From: Paecilomyces variotii
Lineage: Eukaryota
DNA length: 64,000 bases
NCBI GenBank assembly: GCA_004022145.1
Contig: RCNU01000002.1
Reading direction: 5' to 3' (one strand)
Position numbers and translations under genes: made by a program. The notes beneath the pieces are model-generated. The model ran no database searches. It saw only the letters and a list, made by a program, of their open reading frames with translations, and was not told the DNA's origin. Positions 26,201 to 38,967 of the stretch are shown here, in pieces (position 1 is the stretch's first letter; every line of letters starts with the position of its first letter).

Positions 26201-26868
26201 TTGATACTCTCACCATGGTTTCCCTGAGGGTTAGAGAGACCGAACAGTCGTTCCTTGAGAAAGTCACTGGGAAACAATTGTTAGCAGCACACTGCTATGA
26301 GGAGTCAATTGGCAAACTTGCTCTTTCTCGTTCCAGAAGGAAAAGGCAATATTCTGCAGTCCATGCGTATCTGATACGCCTGCAATGCCATCCTCACCCC
26401 AGCGGTAGGTTCTCGACCGGGCATGTTCGTGTGAGAAGTCTGGAGAAAAGCGATCAGCCCAAGAAACCTCGACGATGGACTAGCAGTAGACGAGAAACTT
26501 ACGACTCCATGCATCACCATCCTCCCTACCAAGGGTTAGTGGACGCTGACAATCATGTTTGGGCATGACAATGGTGGATAAGAAAACAAAGGAAAGTAGT
26601 AAAGACTTACGAATAATCCTCGCGGACTGTTCCAATGCGGAAAATGAGGTCATCAGCATAACGATGCCCCCAAAGAGCTTGCTCCTCCCAACTGATGCTC
26701 TCTCGAAGAAGAGCAATCAGTCAAGCAAAGGCAGATAAACGAACCTGTAGCCCATTGCCTCTCTGCCACATAGGGACCCCATTTTTTCCAGTACCTGGTC
26801 CGCTCCCGATCCTCCTTGAGACGCTTCTCCTCCGCGGTCAGGTACTCGTGCCGGTCGTGGACGACCAT
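23244..26868 (-). CDS. GH63-like (alpha/alpha)6-barrel glycosidase, YMR196W/mannosylglycerate-hydrolase-like
   Basis: Spliced translation gives [63 protein letters not shown] and [12 protein letters not shown]. Multiple introns, including a GC-AG intron at 26321-26267. Confidence 0.92.
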
Positions 26869-27844
26869 TACGGCTTGAGCAAGTATGTGACGCTAAGAAG
26901 ATAGGGCTGAGAACTAACCGTAAGACAAGCAAACCCGGACAATGAGAAGAATCTGAGACAGATCTCCCTGAAGCTGAAGGTGAGAGCCCCGCGAGAAAAG
27001 ATCAGAAAAAGATCAGGAAGAGAAAAGAAACAGCAGCAGCAACTCTGTCCCAGGAGATTCCAGGCTTGCTGGCCGCGGGGGAGGCGGGAACCCCAACCGT
27101 TCCCGGCTTATCGATAAGACCCGCTTGGGGCGATTCCTGCTCTATATCAGAACGCCCTAAGCAGGGTTTTTGGCTCTTGCTCTGCCCGCTTTTTGCCTTC
27201 GTGTGCCCAAGCGTCCGCCTGTCCAGGTCCTGTTTTGCTTCCACGTCAGGCTCGCTGGGTGGAGCGCGCGGTCCGTCCGCCACCAACGACAGTAGACCTG
27301 GGAGCAATGAGCAATGCTGGGGATCTAGGCCCGCTGACGGAAGAAATGTTGACATGTAACTAACTACATGCTATAACCAGCCATCATATAATAATAAGTA
27401 ATAATAGTAAATAGTAAATAGCATTATTTCTAGGTATATCGGGAACGCACGAAAGCGAACGAATGGCGGCCATTCATACAGGCCGCTGGACTATAGAGAA
27501 AAAGTCCCCTCAGAACTAGCTCTCCTTACTTGCTTTTTAAGAGAAGATGCAGCATGTAAGAAGGGTGCCGAGTATATGTAAACACACCAAGGGACGCAGA
27601 TGAGAGACGAGCCAAACTGTCACGGCACCATCCAAGATAATAACATAAAAGCCGCCAGCGACGTGAAGCTGCCCGGGACAACCCACATGGCGTAGCCTGA
27701 TGGGTCCAAAGGGGCTTGCTTCCGCCCACTCCATCCATGATAGTCCTGCAGAGCGTACAGTACCGTAAAAAAGAAGCCCAGGATCCCGCCCCCCTTTCCC
27801 CTATATATCCCATTTCAAATCAGACCCGGTCGTATGGAAGATAA

Positions 27845-28538
27845 TCATGATGCGTCTGCCTTGTTCTTCTGCTTGTGATCTTCATCAATGGCAAAGTCAG
27901 CATCACCCGGGTCGTCCATGTCGTGGGATGTTGCCGCAGAGGTCGCTGAGCCCGTCGATCCTTCATCCGAGGGGCCCGATATGGGAGAGGACAGGGGGGA
28001 CTGAGACGTGTGCGTCTTTTCCTCACCTTCAACCCTCTGCGAATGGCCCGTAGCCTTGTTGATATCGGATTGGGTCAGAACGCGGGACTGTCGCGCCTTT
28101 AGACGCTGTTCCGCCTCGCGGATGCGAGCCTGGAGAGCCTCCAGTTCTCGATTCTGGATCATCACCATTTGCTTTCTGCGACGGCTTTGGTCAGCTCCTC
28201 TGGGGACCTAGGTAGGTTCCTGTGCGGGGGGCTGGTGCTGCTCTCCAACAATGGCTAGCTGGGTGTTGTATCGGAGATAGATGCTCTCAACAGAATGCAT
28301 TGCTGGATACGTACTTCTGGTCCACTGATATCTCGAGTTGATCAACGTCGGTGTCCAACGAGAAGGCACTGTCCAGTGCCAGTGAAAATGCCTGTGCCAT
28401 CGTCCTGTCGAAGGGTCAATACAAGGCTGCTGTTGTGATACCCCAACACCTGCATTGGGGACTTGGAGGAAGGAGGGAGGGTTGGACGAACGACTGCGGT
28501 CGGGCCTTAGGCTTCCATTCCTGCTCCGTGTCCGACAT
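27845..28538 (-). CDS. Small fungal coiled-coil protein of unknown function
   Basis: A three-exon model gives MSDTEQEWKPKARPQS|TMAQAFSLALDSAFSLDTDVDQLEISVDQK|KQMVMIQNRELEALQARIREAEQRLKAR..., with GT-AG introns. Confidence 0.75.
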
Positions 28539-29640
28539 CTTGTATGATAAGTCACTCGTCTCCCACGAGACCCAGGTAACTCTCAATAGCAACAGCTGCT
28601 ATGCAGTCACAATGGGGAGTTGCGACCTGATTTGGAGAAGGGAAAACAGTGTTTCGAAAAGTCGAGAGAGGCCAAGCTCCTAGATGAGACGGGGGCTGAT
28701 CTTGGCGTGCAATCCCCCCCAAACGGGTTGCAATAGATTTCCTGTCGAAACCAGGACCAGCTGAGAATCTATAGGACGAAAAGGGTCCAATGGTGAGGGA
28801 GTGACAAAAGTCTGAGAGAGAAAGAGAGCAAGCTGCAGATGCACGAAGAGAGAGGTTGAGATGCAGAGGGGTTCGCCGTCGCCCTACAGCCGGGAAAAGC
28901 GCCTATATAGATCGGTGATAAGAGCACGGTCAGGGAGATGGAAAGGTTCAGAATCCGTCAGGGACCGTGGATGGAGCCCAAAGCGAAATTAGGGAGCGAT
29001 CGAAGCTGCAGGAGGGCCAAAAGACCGACAACAGCAACGAACGATCGGGTTTCCACCAACGAGGCCGGCGCGCGGTTGTTCCACAGTCCACACTGCAAGG
29101 GATCCTCTTCGTCGGAAGATTGCTGGAGCTGGGGAGGGTCAGGCCAAACAATGCGCTATCGCATCAAACATCAGGAGAGGAGGATAAATAATAAAAGGGG
29201 CTGGTCAAGGAGCCTCGTGCGGCGCCCCCTGAGATGCGAGCACGGGCGGGTAATGGGCAAGGGCGGGGAGGATGGCAACGAAGAACGGGGTCAGCGTCGA
29301 GGAGCTAGAGGAGAGGCTGCTCCATCGATCAAAGGGGAGTTAATTAATTAGTATTATTATTATTAGTTAGAGTAGATATCTAGACCAGTATCTAGGTAGT
29401 AGTCTACCTGGTCGTAGATACGGAATGGGGGAGACATGCCCGCTTTTCGTGGACGCAGCGATGCAGTTGCTGTTTACCTGGTGAGCAAGATGTTGTTTCA
29501 TGTAAATAATCATAAGAATAATAATCACTAGCACATAACTTACCTCGATGCCATGCCATGACGGTCGCAACAAGGGAGCGTCTAGGCAACGGGGGCCACT
29601 GGTGACTGGGCAACATCTGGGCGGGCACGACGAGAGTCAA

Positions 29641-29716
29641 GAGCTCCCTAGAGTTCCCTAGACGGTCTCTAGAGCGTCCCTAGACTCCTAGACTGTCTTT
29701 AGACTCCTTAGAGACT
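29641..29716. repeat. Imperfect ~10-bp tandem repeat (CTAGA/TAGAC units)
   Basis: gagctcccta gagttcccta gacggtctcta gagcgtcccta gactccta gactgtcttta gactcctta gagact. Confidence 0.7.
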
Positions 29717-30224
29717 TGTCGATCGGTGGACCGGGAGCGCACGTGACTCCAGATGCCATTCGCCGTGCAATTTTTCCCCTCGCGATGATGCCAGATCGAG
29801 CTCAACGAGATTCATGTCGAAAAAGCAGCCCATCTCGACTCGACTCGTCTCGACAACGCTCGTCCATCACCCTGCCAGCGGGGATCGTGAATTTCTCCAG
29901 CGTTGCCTTCCTAGGCATCGATAGACTACCGCTGAACCCCCCCCAAAACGTCCTGTTGGGCCCTCCCCGCACAGCAACGGTACTCTAAGTCCCCCTAGTT
30001 AACTAATATCCAACCCTTCTCAAAAGTCAGCTCGACTCGTTTCGACCTGGTCTGTGCAGTCGGACTTGTCTTTCACCCTTGGCGATGGTGACAGGCTATG
30101 CGCACCTCGCTTTACAGTGAAGTCGCGTTGCCCGTCTGCACACCCTTCTCGGGCCACCACCAGCATCGTGGCTCCCATCACCAAGAATCCCACTCTGGGT
30201 GGCCGGTCGCATGGGCAATGGGGG

Positions 30225-32870
30225 ATGCCTCCGCTGTCGGCCTACACTCCGTTTGAATCGCTCCTCTTCTTCCAGTCGCTCGCCGCCCTCGACACGCGAC
30301 CCTCCAATTTCGCTGCCATTTCGGATGTCCTGCGCAACAACACTTTCATCCGCCAGAATGGTGCCTTTGACGCGGCCAGACTCACGCCCGAGGCGTTGGA
30401 AGAGCTCTACAACACCTTGATCCACGAGGGACTTGGGGATGCACCGCTCCCCGATCAGAACGGCCACCGTCCTGACGGCAGTATAAGCTCTAATCCCAAG
30501 AAGCGCAAGCTCACCAACCCAACGGAGGGAACATCGCATACTACAGTCATCCCAAATTTGGTCTCTCATCTCTACGCCAGATACAAGGAACGCGTTACGA
30601 AAGAGATCAGAAGTGAAGAGAAGAGATACAAAGAGATCAGAGATGAAATCGAACGGTTACAGAAGGAGGAGTCCCAAGAGGTTGATGCGGCCGCCGTGGC
30701 GGCTCCCTCGGGTCCGGTGCAGGCGCCCGCAACCGCTGTACAAACCAAAGCTGGACCAACACAGCCAGAGCCTATGGATATAGATATTAAGCAGGAAGCC
30801 AAACCGGTGCAGCCTGCTACGATGAATGCCAACAGACCAGCGGAAGGAGTTATGACACCGTCGGTGGGAAACCAGACGACAGCGGTAGAGCAAGCTAAAT
30901 TACCTATGCCACAACAACTCCCTACACAGCCTGTTGGGCCACAGCAAGGGAAACCTGCGCATCCTCAACCTCCGCGTCAAAATGCCCTGCCCATGACAAC
31001 TGCTCTTCCACCCCAGGCAAACCCGATCAATGGGAAAGCTCCCTCTGTACCTGCAACACAGCCACCAAACCTTGGCTATCGAGCGCCTTCTCCGGATAGA
31101 CGAGCTGCGAATGTCGAAGTACCATTGCAACCGTACCAGATACCACGGCCTCCAGCCACTCCAGCGGCTGATGCTGCAAAGGCACACCCACGGCCCGAAG
31201 TTGTCATTCCGACACCGAAGGGAACTGGTCCCGCAGTGACTCCTACGCAGCCTGGTATCCAACCTGGAAATGCTGCTGCTCGAAGGACGCTTGCTGCACC
31301 TGGGCCTTCCTCCGCTCCTCAACACCTCGTTGCACAGCAGCAATTCCAGCAATGGACCCCGCAGCGGGGTTTCCAGACGCAGCACCCTCAGGTCTCTCCC
31401 TATGTCTACTACCCGTATCCGAACCAGCCTGTACCTGGAGCACCTATGCCTTCGCCAACGAATGGCCCTCAGATTGCACCAGCCGTTGCGGGACGAGGTC
31501 ATCAAAGTCCATACCCTCCGTCTGGACCAATGACACCAGGAGCTGTGCTTCCGGTCAGCCAGTCTCCTCACCCCGGTCTTGGAGGTCATGAAACACCTGG
31601 CAAGCTGGGCCGGACTCCCTCTTACTCCACTGCACTTGGCAAGCGGCCACCACGCCCGTCAATTGACACATCAGGTTCACTTACGCCTTGGAAGAGATCT
31701 CCGCGTCTGAGCATATCCAGATCACCAGGTTCTCCGGTACGACCACGACCCGAGGACGTGAGCCCAATCAGCGAGAAGGCCCCATCTCCCTTCGGGAGTC
31801 CTGAACCAGCGAGTAGAGGTGCTCAAGAGGAAACGCAGAAGCGACGTAGAAAGGGCAGTCTGCCACCACCTGAGGCCGAGGGTCGGGGAGCACGTTCCAA
31901 GGCAGAGCAGAAAGGACGTGCAAGACGAGATCAAAGCACTGCTTCCACCAGAAGCCGTGGACGATCAGTGACTTCACGGGATGATGATTCCATGACCGAC
32001 TCGGGCTCCGTAACCCGCAAAATCAAGCAGGAAATGCCAAGCACTCCTGCAGGCATTTCGGAGGACACCGAGACTGAGAATAAAGCATCCGCCCGGCGTA
32101 AAGGCACTGCAGCGCAGCTTGAGGAAGGACTGGCCAAGGGAAGAGCCAAGCGGAAGCGTGGAGCGAGTGAATCCATAGAAGCAGATACCATCCCTCCAGA
32201 GCCTATTCGCATGGACACCACGCAGTACGTGTTGTGTACGCGTAATTTCCCTAGGACTGGTGCTCCCATCATGAACGATGTCACAGCTCACAAGCATGCC
32301 TCCATCTTCGCCAAGCCACTGACTGAGCGAGACGCTCCGGGGTACAAGGATCTCATCTATCGTCCGCAAGATCTGAAGTCGATCAAATCAGCTATCCACC
32401 AAGGAAGCAAAGCTGTAGCCGCAGCCACAGAAGCTGCCAGCACGCCTGCTGGAGATGGAGAATCCCCAGCGCCGGGCGTCACGACTCCGTCCAAGAACAC
32501 GGTGCTGATGCTGCAAAAGACAGCAGATCTAATTCCACCCAGGGGTATTGTGAACTCGGCCCAGTTGGAGAAGGAGCTGATCCGGATGTTCGCCAACGCT
32601 ATCATGTTCAACCCGACGCCTGAGCGCAGCTTTGGACCAGCCTTCCCCATGATCACGGATAGCAATTCGAGAGAGAGCACCCAGTTCTCAGAAGCAGAGG
32701 AGGGCGGCATCATTCATGATACCCGTGAGATGTGCGACGAGGTGGAAAAGGCGGTAACGGGATGGCGTGCCGCTGAAAGGACAGCAGAGGAGGTGGCAAA
32801 CAAAAGCATCCTCACACTAAGACGGGGGAGTGATGTTAACATGGATAGTAGTGACGAGACCAAGGGTTGA
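30225..32870 (+). CDS. Bromodomain-containing protein (Pro/Gln-rich middle, C-terminal bromodomain; BRD8-like)
   Basis: Starts MPPLSAYTPFESLLFFQSL. C-terminus has HKHASIFAKPL...APGYKDLIYRPQDLKSIK...RMFANAIMFN. Confidence 0.88.
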   Translation: MPPLSAYTPFESLLFFQSLAALDTRPSNFAAISDVLRNNTFIRQNGAFDAARLTPEALEELYNTLIHEGLGDAPLPDQNGHRPDGSISSNPKKRKLTNPTEGTSHTTVIPNLVSHLYARYKERVTKEIRSEEKRYKEIRDEIERLQKEESQEVDAAAVAAPSGPVQAPATAVQTKAGPTQPEPMDIDIKQEAKPVQPATMNANRPAEGVMTPSVGNQTTAVEQAKLPMPQQLPTQPVGPQQGKPAHPQPPRQNALPMTTALPPQANPINGKAPSVPATQPPNLGYRAPSPDRRAANVEVPLQPYQIPRPPATPAADAAKAHPRPEVVIPTPKGTGPAVTPTQPGIQPGNAAARRTLAAPGPSSAPQHLVAQQQFQQWTPQRGFQTQHPQVSPYVYYPYPNQPVPGAPMPSPTNGPQIAPAVAGRGHQSPYPPSGPMTPGAVLPVSQSPHPGLGGHETPGKLGRTPSYSTALGKRPPRPSIDTSGSLTPWKRSPRLSISRSPGSPVRPRPEDVSPISEKAPSPFGSPEPASRGAQEETQKRRRKGSLPPPEAEGRGARSKAEQKGRARRDQSTASTRSRGRSVTSRDDDSMTDSGSVTRKIKQEMPSTPAGISEDTETENKASARRKGTAAQLEEGLAKGRAKRKRGASESIEADTIPPEPIRMDTTQYVLCTRNFPRTGAPIMNDVTAHKHASIFAKPLTERDAPGYKDLIYRPQDLKSIKSAIHQGSKAVAAATEAASTPAGDGESPAPGVTTPSKNTVLMLQKTADLIPPRGIVNSAQLEKELIRMFANAIMFNPTPERSFGPAFPMITDSNSRESTQFSEAEEGGIIHDTREMCDEVEKAVTGWRAAERTAEEVANKSILTLRRGSDVNMDSSDETKG

Positions 32871-33242
32871 TGACTTTCTTCTGCCCTCGTAATTGTGGGC
32901 GTCTTGTATTTTTGATAGAGTAGCAGATCCTTGGGGCCTTTTATGAAATGAAGACAAAAAAGGGGTCCTCGGCGTGCACGCCCTCCACAATATTTTTTTT
33001 GGCAACATCGCCTTTCCTTTCTTTTTCGCTTTTGCTGGAGATCAGAAGAAGGAGCACTAGCTTGACTCCTTATGTTCACCGTCCGTATGACACCCGGGTA
33101 GATGGGTACGATCTCGTGTAACATTCTTAGGGTTGTATCCAGGACTGTAAGCCTCATTCACATGCAAAGAGACATTTTCAAAAATGTCGGTTGTCGAGTA
33201 GCAAAGTCGGTCAAAAGCAACATGACATGTCCGCCCAGTCCC

Positions 33243-34646
33243 TCATGCAGAGCCACGTATCGTCTGCTGGAGTCTCGTCCTACCGAGTCCCTCCTTGGCG
33301 TAAAAGTCCATAGGATACACGCCCTTCCCGGTATTATCCCAATGCTCTCTTCCGCCCAGCGCAACCAGCGCTTCATAGGGAGTCAGCAACGGTCGTGAGA
33401 ACGCATAACCCCAATCGATACTCAGTCTGGGACAGGCGATCTGCACCCAGCACTCGACATCGGACATGGAGGCGAGTTTGCCCGGGAAGATCTCACTGAG
33501 CAGCAAGTTCACAAAGGGGATTCCGCGTTCATTGAGATGGTTCTCAATCATAGCCATGGTGTTTGGGTTTCCTTGACGTCCCAGGGAGCCCAGGATGATT
33601 CCCCACTTCTTGGCGGATTTCGCGGTGTTGATCGCGTCACGGCGCAGGGTTTGCATCTCCTCGTGCTCGTAGGTCTCACGGGACAGGGTCCGGGAGTAAG
33701 GGTCGTACCGATATGCGGGGATGGAGGGGTTGTGAATCATGGCTGACTCGAGGTGGAAGCGACCGTCACCTAGGTAGAGAAGGATGTCGACCTCGTTTTC
33801 CGACAGCTGGGGAGAAGTACAGCCGAGAATCTCACCCTTGGAGAGAGGCGTGATCTGAGGGATGAGGACTTTGAATCCAGCTCGTTCGAGGACGGGTTTG
33901 AGACCATGCAGCGTAGCATTGAATTGGATGGTACCGACGGTAGCGATCGTCTTGCCCGGCTGGAAGTTTCGTTCGAGGGTCGCGATCAGATGCGAGGTGT
34001 CAATGCTGATGTCGACGAAGATATAGAGGGTCTTAATCGTTGTGACATCCACGGGAATCAGGCAGCTATGAGCGTAGTGGACCAGCAAGTCACATCCCAG
34101 AGCGCGAGCAGTGTAGTCGTCAATGCAGCAGGCGCCGTAGGTGACATCTCCCATGATGAGCGTTTCCGTGCCCGGACAAAATTGCGTCAAGATATCCGAG
34201 ATGGTTGTCGCGAAGAGAAGAAGTCCCTCTGGGAATTGTAGTGCCACTCGCTTCGCTCCCAATGTGCGTATCCGGTGAATCGTCTTCGGGATCTCGAAGG
34301 AGTAGTTTTTCGGAAGCAGCGCAATGGCGGCTTGAATATCAGGATCTTCCAGAATTTCGGGAGGGACTTGGTTCAGAGTTCGAGGAATCCTTCGAGGAGC
34401 GGCTGTATAGATGTCAGCATAAAAAAAAAAGTCCAATATTGCTCATGAGGGGTTATACTGACCTTTCTCGACAGCCGTTGATCCCCCCTCCTGCACCGCC
34501 GAGCCATCTTTCTGGGCCTGAGCATCTGCTGTCCGTCGCCCAACGAATCTCTTTTTTGGCTGACGAGTCTGACTGACAGGCTGCACGGCAGGAGTGTTGT
34601 CTTCCATTTTTTCCGGTGCGATATCTGTGTGGTTTTCTCCAGTCAT
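33243..34646 (-). CDS. DPH1: Diphthamide biosynthesis protein 1
   Basis: PKKRFVGRR exon, intron 34462-34403, then [33 protein letters not shown] and [11 protein letters not shown]. Confidence 0.96.
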
Positions 34647-34953
34647 CGTTTGGCAGACATCGAACAATAAGAAGAATAAATTAAAATTGGGAAATATGCA
34701 ATCTGACTAAGGCGAAGTGGCGGTTAGATAAACTAAGTAGAAAGTGGGGGACCTCGGGGTCTCTCTTGGTTTCGTTCCTCTCCGCATCTCTCGGCATCAT
34801 CTGGAACTAAACTAAGTACTGTATCATTATAATTAGACCGATCCGGAGCTCCCCTCCCAGGGACAGCTTCCCCTCTTGCTCTCGAGACCCCGGATTATGT
34901 ATTTGATGCATTGCACGACCTTTACTTGCTCACTTGTACACTGATCTGCCAGG

Positions 34954-36133
34954 ATGCTTTCTCTGAGGCCTAGACTACGTCTTTCTTCTGTCCTTCGGAA
35001 GGCAGCTCCCATCCGTTGTTATTCGACAGAGCCACGGCTGACGTCGAACCATGTTCGCATCGTCGAAGTCGGAGCGCGCGACGGGCTACAGAACGAAAAG
35101 ACATCGATTCCTCTGGAGACGAAGATCCAGCTGATTGAGAAGCTAGCCAAGACTGGAGTCACTACAATAGAGGCTGGCTCTTTCGTGCCGGCGAAATGGG
35201 TGCCACAGGTGCGGTGCTTCCGATGCCTCGCTCCAGCATATTGACTCCAGATGTTCTATCCATTTCCATGATGTAGCAAACACCTAACACAGTTAACCTC
35301 GTGTGCAGATGGCAAGCACTTCAGAGATATTGCAACATATCATCAAGTCTCCACCGCAAGCTAAGAACGAGATCGCGTACAACTACCTTGTTCCCAATAT
35401 CAAGGGACTGGAGAACCTGGTCAAAGTTATGGAGGCTGAAGGCGCGTCGGCCCAGATTCCTGGGACTGCTGAAAAGCCGCCTATTACGACAGAGATTTCT
35501 CTGTTCGCGGCAGCTACAGAGGCTTTCTCCAAGGCAAACACGAATTGCTCCATTGCAGAGTCCCTGGAGCGAGTTCGTCCGATCGTTGCGCTAGCAAAGA
35601 CGAAGAATATCCGGGTGCGTGGATACGTCTCGGTTGCCCTGGGCTGTCCATACGAAGGCCCAGATGTGCCACCTTCCAAAGTAGCGGAGATCACAGCGAC
35701 GCTGCTCGAGATGGGAGCAGATGAGGTTTCTGTTGCTGACACCACGGGCATGGGCACCGCACCACGGACCCTTGAACTCCTGCGAACGCTCAGTGCGGCT
35801 GGCATCGCGAATAGTGACCTCGCGCTTCACTTCCACGACACCTATGGCCAGGCGCTCGTGAACACAATGATTGCGCTCGAGCATGGTATCAGGACCTTTG
35901 ACAGCAGTGTTGGAGGACTTGGCGGGTGCCCTTACTCTAAGGGTGCCACTGGAAACGTGGCGACGGAGGATCTTGTCTATACTCTCGGCAGTCTAGGCAT
36001 GCATACAGGCATCAACCTGGAAGAAATGTGTAGAATTGGCGACTGGATCTCCAAGGAACTGGGTCGAGCTAATGGTAGCCGAGCGGGCAAGGCGATTCTG
36101 TCACGGCTGCAGGAGCAAGAGGCCCAGGCCTAG
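34954..36133 (+). CDS. HMGCL: Hydroxymethylglutaryl-CoA lyase (mitochondrial presequence)
   Basis: EVGARDGLQNE, SFVPAKWVPQM (intron 35209-35308), HFHDTYG and GLGGCPYSKGATGNVATED. Confidence 0.95.
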
Positions 36134-36631
36134 TTGCTCAGAGCCCTAGTCAGAATTGAAGGGAAAGGCTTGTTTGGCCTCTTGCTCTTGGAGCACGCAT
36201 TTCGGGCGTTCACTGTTCCTGTCTGCCTGTATACTTATTTTGTTTATGTATATAGCCCTCGTCTACGCATTATGAAAAATGGCATATTCTTAAGAAACAA
36301 GCAATACGACGTTGCAATTATAAACGTTGATTGAATAGTGTACATTCTATAGGTTCGAGATGGGCCCCTTCTGTTCCGAACCGTTGAGTGGTGAATATGT
36401 ACGGCCATTGTCCATTATCACCTTGTGTAGAAGATCGTCCCTCTCCATCTTGAAGTTCGTTCCATATCACTGCAGCAATGGTCGGTGGTTATAGGAGCCA
36501 TTTCCGCTGCGTAGAGAGAGTCGCAGACACGGAGACCACCTTCACACGCAATATAATATTCCACCACGAATCAGTCAGATGACCCCCTATCATATCACAT
36601 TATCTATAGTCCGTCTGGGATAGCGCGATCT

Positions 36632-37099
36632 CTAGAAATCCGTAACCCGTCCGTTATAACTCCAGTCGCCATCGCCACCCCACCGCAACGGCTCAGTCTT
36701 AGGCCCGCCAATCTCTCCTGTCTTGGGGTTCTTCTCTCCCTCGAATTCGGGTTGGGCACCCATCCGCAAGTTCGGATGTAGCTCTTCGCCATCTCCAGAT
36801 GCGTCGATCCGTGCTGCGGGTGCAGCGTCGGATGCTGCGGCAGAGTTGGGAGACTGGTTGACCTTTGGTGGCGTTCGAGGCGTGCTGAATGCGCCGGTTG
36901 ATTGTCTTTGGAGCTCTTCGAAGATCTCTTGTTCCTCCTTCGGGAGTCTGGGCGGTGCAGCAGGTCGCGCGAAGGGGTTCAGTTTGCCATCTGCGCGGAG
37001 GGGAGAGGATGTTGAGAGAGCGCGCAGAGGCTGAGATGATGCACGGGGGATCTGTCGGAAAGGAGCCATGGCTCGAGGTAGTGATAGGAAAGATGCCAT
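36632..37099 (-). CDS. SDH8: Succinate dehydrogenase assembly factor 4 (Sdh8/DUF1674)
   Basis: Presequence, PPRLPKEEQE and C-terminal NPKTGEIGGPKTEPLRWG...DWSYNGRVTDF. Confidence 0.93.
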   Translation of the reverse strand: MASFLSLPRAMAPFRQIPRASSQPLRALSTSSPLRADGKLNPFARPAAPPRLPKEEQEIFEELQRQSTGAFSTPRTPPKVNQSPNSAAASDAAPAARIDASGDGEELHPNLRMGAQPEFEGEKNPKTGEIGGPKTEPLRWGGDGDWSYNGRVTDF

Positions 37100-37424
37100 C
37101 TTGTTGAGTCTGGAGGGTAGCACTCGAGAAAGAAGTATGAGTGGGCAGGGGAGTTGTTGATGGATGATTCAGAGCCGGGCGTTGTAGGAGTTAACTTACT
37201 TAGTAGCTCGCCGGCGTCGATAAGCGGCCCGATATCGCGGCGCTTCTCCGGGCTTTTCTGCGCGGCGAGTCATTCATCCATTCAGTCATTCTTTTCTTTT
37301 TCTCTCGGCGGACAATTCTTATCCCACTGAGATAGCAGACTTCTGCTATTTTGTTGATCCAGGGTTCTCTGACAGGCCAATTGCTGGAGTGTCTCTTTTC
37401 CAAATTCCTCCCTGGATTTTTACA

Positions 37425-38967
37425 ATGGCCTCGCGTGTGTCATCCATGCGGTTCGCCGCTGCGGCACTGTCCGCGAAGAGAGCTCCTGGTCTTGTGGCAC
37501 CGCTGCGCCGTTCTTTTGCTTCGACGGCCTCGAAGGCTGCTCAGTCTGTATGGATCTGTTGACTACGTCTTCGTTGCTGTTGGTCAGCTGCTAACACTGC
37601 GCAGGGACCCAAGAACCCAGACCCTACGGCCGATTCGCCAACCGTGGCTTTCATCAATGAAAAGGCGCCTTTTATGGTGACGACTTACGTCCGTCCACAC
37701 CCTGTGATGGTCAAGGGACAGGGTTCGTATCTGTGGGATATGGAAAACCGGCGATATCTGGACCTGACCTCGGGAATTGCTGTCAACTCCCTGGGTCATT
37801 GTGACCAGGAGATTGCAAAGATCATTGCGGAGCAGGTATGCAATATATGATGCTCCTTATCAATACATGAGAATAGTGATATTTACAATGCCCTTATTTT
37901 AGGCCGAAACCCTCATCCATGCCTCCAACCTATATCACAACCCGTGGACCGGAGCCCTCAGCAAGCTGCTTATTGAGAAGACCATCGAGTCCGGTGCCAT
38001 GCGGGATGCCTCCCAGGTCTTCGTCTGCAACTCCGGTACAGAGGCCAACGAAGCTGCCATCAAGTTCGCACGCAAGGTCGGACATACCCTGGACCCTTCA
38101 GGCGCGAAGCATGAATTCGTTTCTTTCCATAACTCCTTCCATGGACGTACGATGGGCGCGCTCTCTGCCACCCCGAACCCCAAGTACCAGGCTCCCTTTT
38201 CACCAATGGTTCCCGGATTCAAGTACGGCAACTTCAACGACGTCGAACAGCTCCAGACCCTTATCACGGACAAGACATGCGGTGTTATTGTCGAGCCCAT
38301 CCAGGGAGAGGGCGGTGTTCACAGCGCTACTCCAGAGTTCCTCGTTGCTCTCCGCGAACGCTGCGATGCCGTCGGCGCGGTTCTGATCTTCGACGAGATC
38401 CAGTGTGGTCTCTCTCGCACAGGCAGCTTCTGGGCTCACGGCCACCCTTCCCTCGCCCCCTCCACCGGCAAGGCCGCTCACCCTGACATCCTCACCACCG
38501 CAAAGGCCCTGGGCAACGGCTTCCCCATCGGCGCTACCATCGTCTCCGAGAAGGCTGTCGGCCAGTACATCAAGACCGGCGACCATGGCACCACCTTCGG
38601 CGGCAACCCTCTCGCCAGCCGCGTCGCCCACCACATCGTCGAGCGCCTCGCATCCCCTGACCTCCAAAAATCCGTCGAAGCCAAATCCGCCCTCTTCACA
38701 TCCGGCTTCAAGTCCCTTCAGGAGAAATACCCCGAGATCATCTCCGACGTCCGCGGCCGCGGTCTCATCCTCGGTGTCCAGCTCTCCGAAGCCTATATCC
38801 CCAAGGCTTCTGACCTGATCACCGCTGCGCGCGAGAGAGGCATGCTCATCATCACGGCTGGAAATGGTTGTCTTCGCTTCGTCCCCGCCTTGACCATTAC
38901 GGAAGAACAGATCAAGACCGCTCTCAACATCCTGGAGCAGTCGATCGAAATTATTGCCAAGAAATAA
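37425..38967 (+). CDS. ARG8: Acetylornithine aminotransferase, mitochondrial
   Basis: Introns 37548-37604 and 37836-37902. YLDLTSGIAVNSLGH, NSGTEANEAAIKFAR, FHGRTMG, FDEIQCG, PLP-Lys in TAKALGNG and HGTTFGGNPL. Confidence 0.96.

Noticed and set aside
30054..30224. 57-aa N-terminal extension of the bromodomain ORF
   Set aside because: Starts at GTG; the first in-frame ATG is 30225.
36100..36334. Cryptic PTS1 or stop read-through in HMG-CoA lyase
   Set aside because: SRL is internal, the stop context is not TGA-CTA, and the downstream frame does not end in a PTS1.
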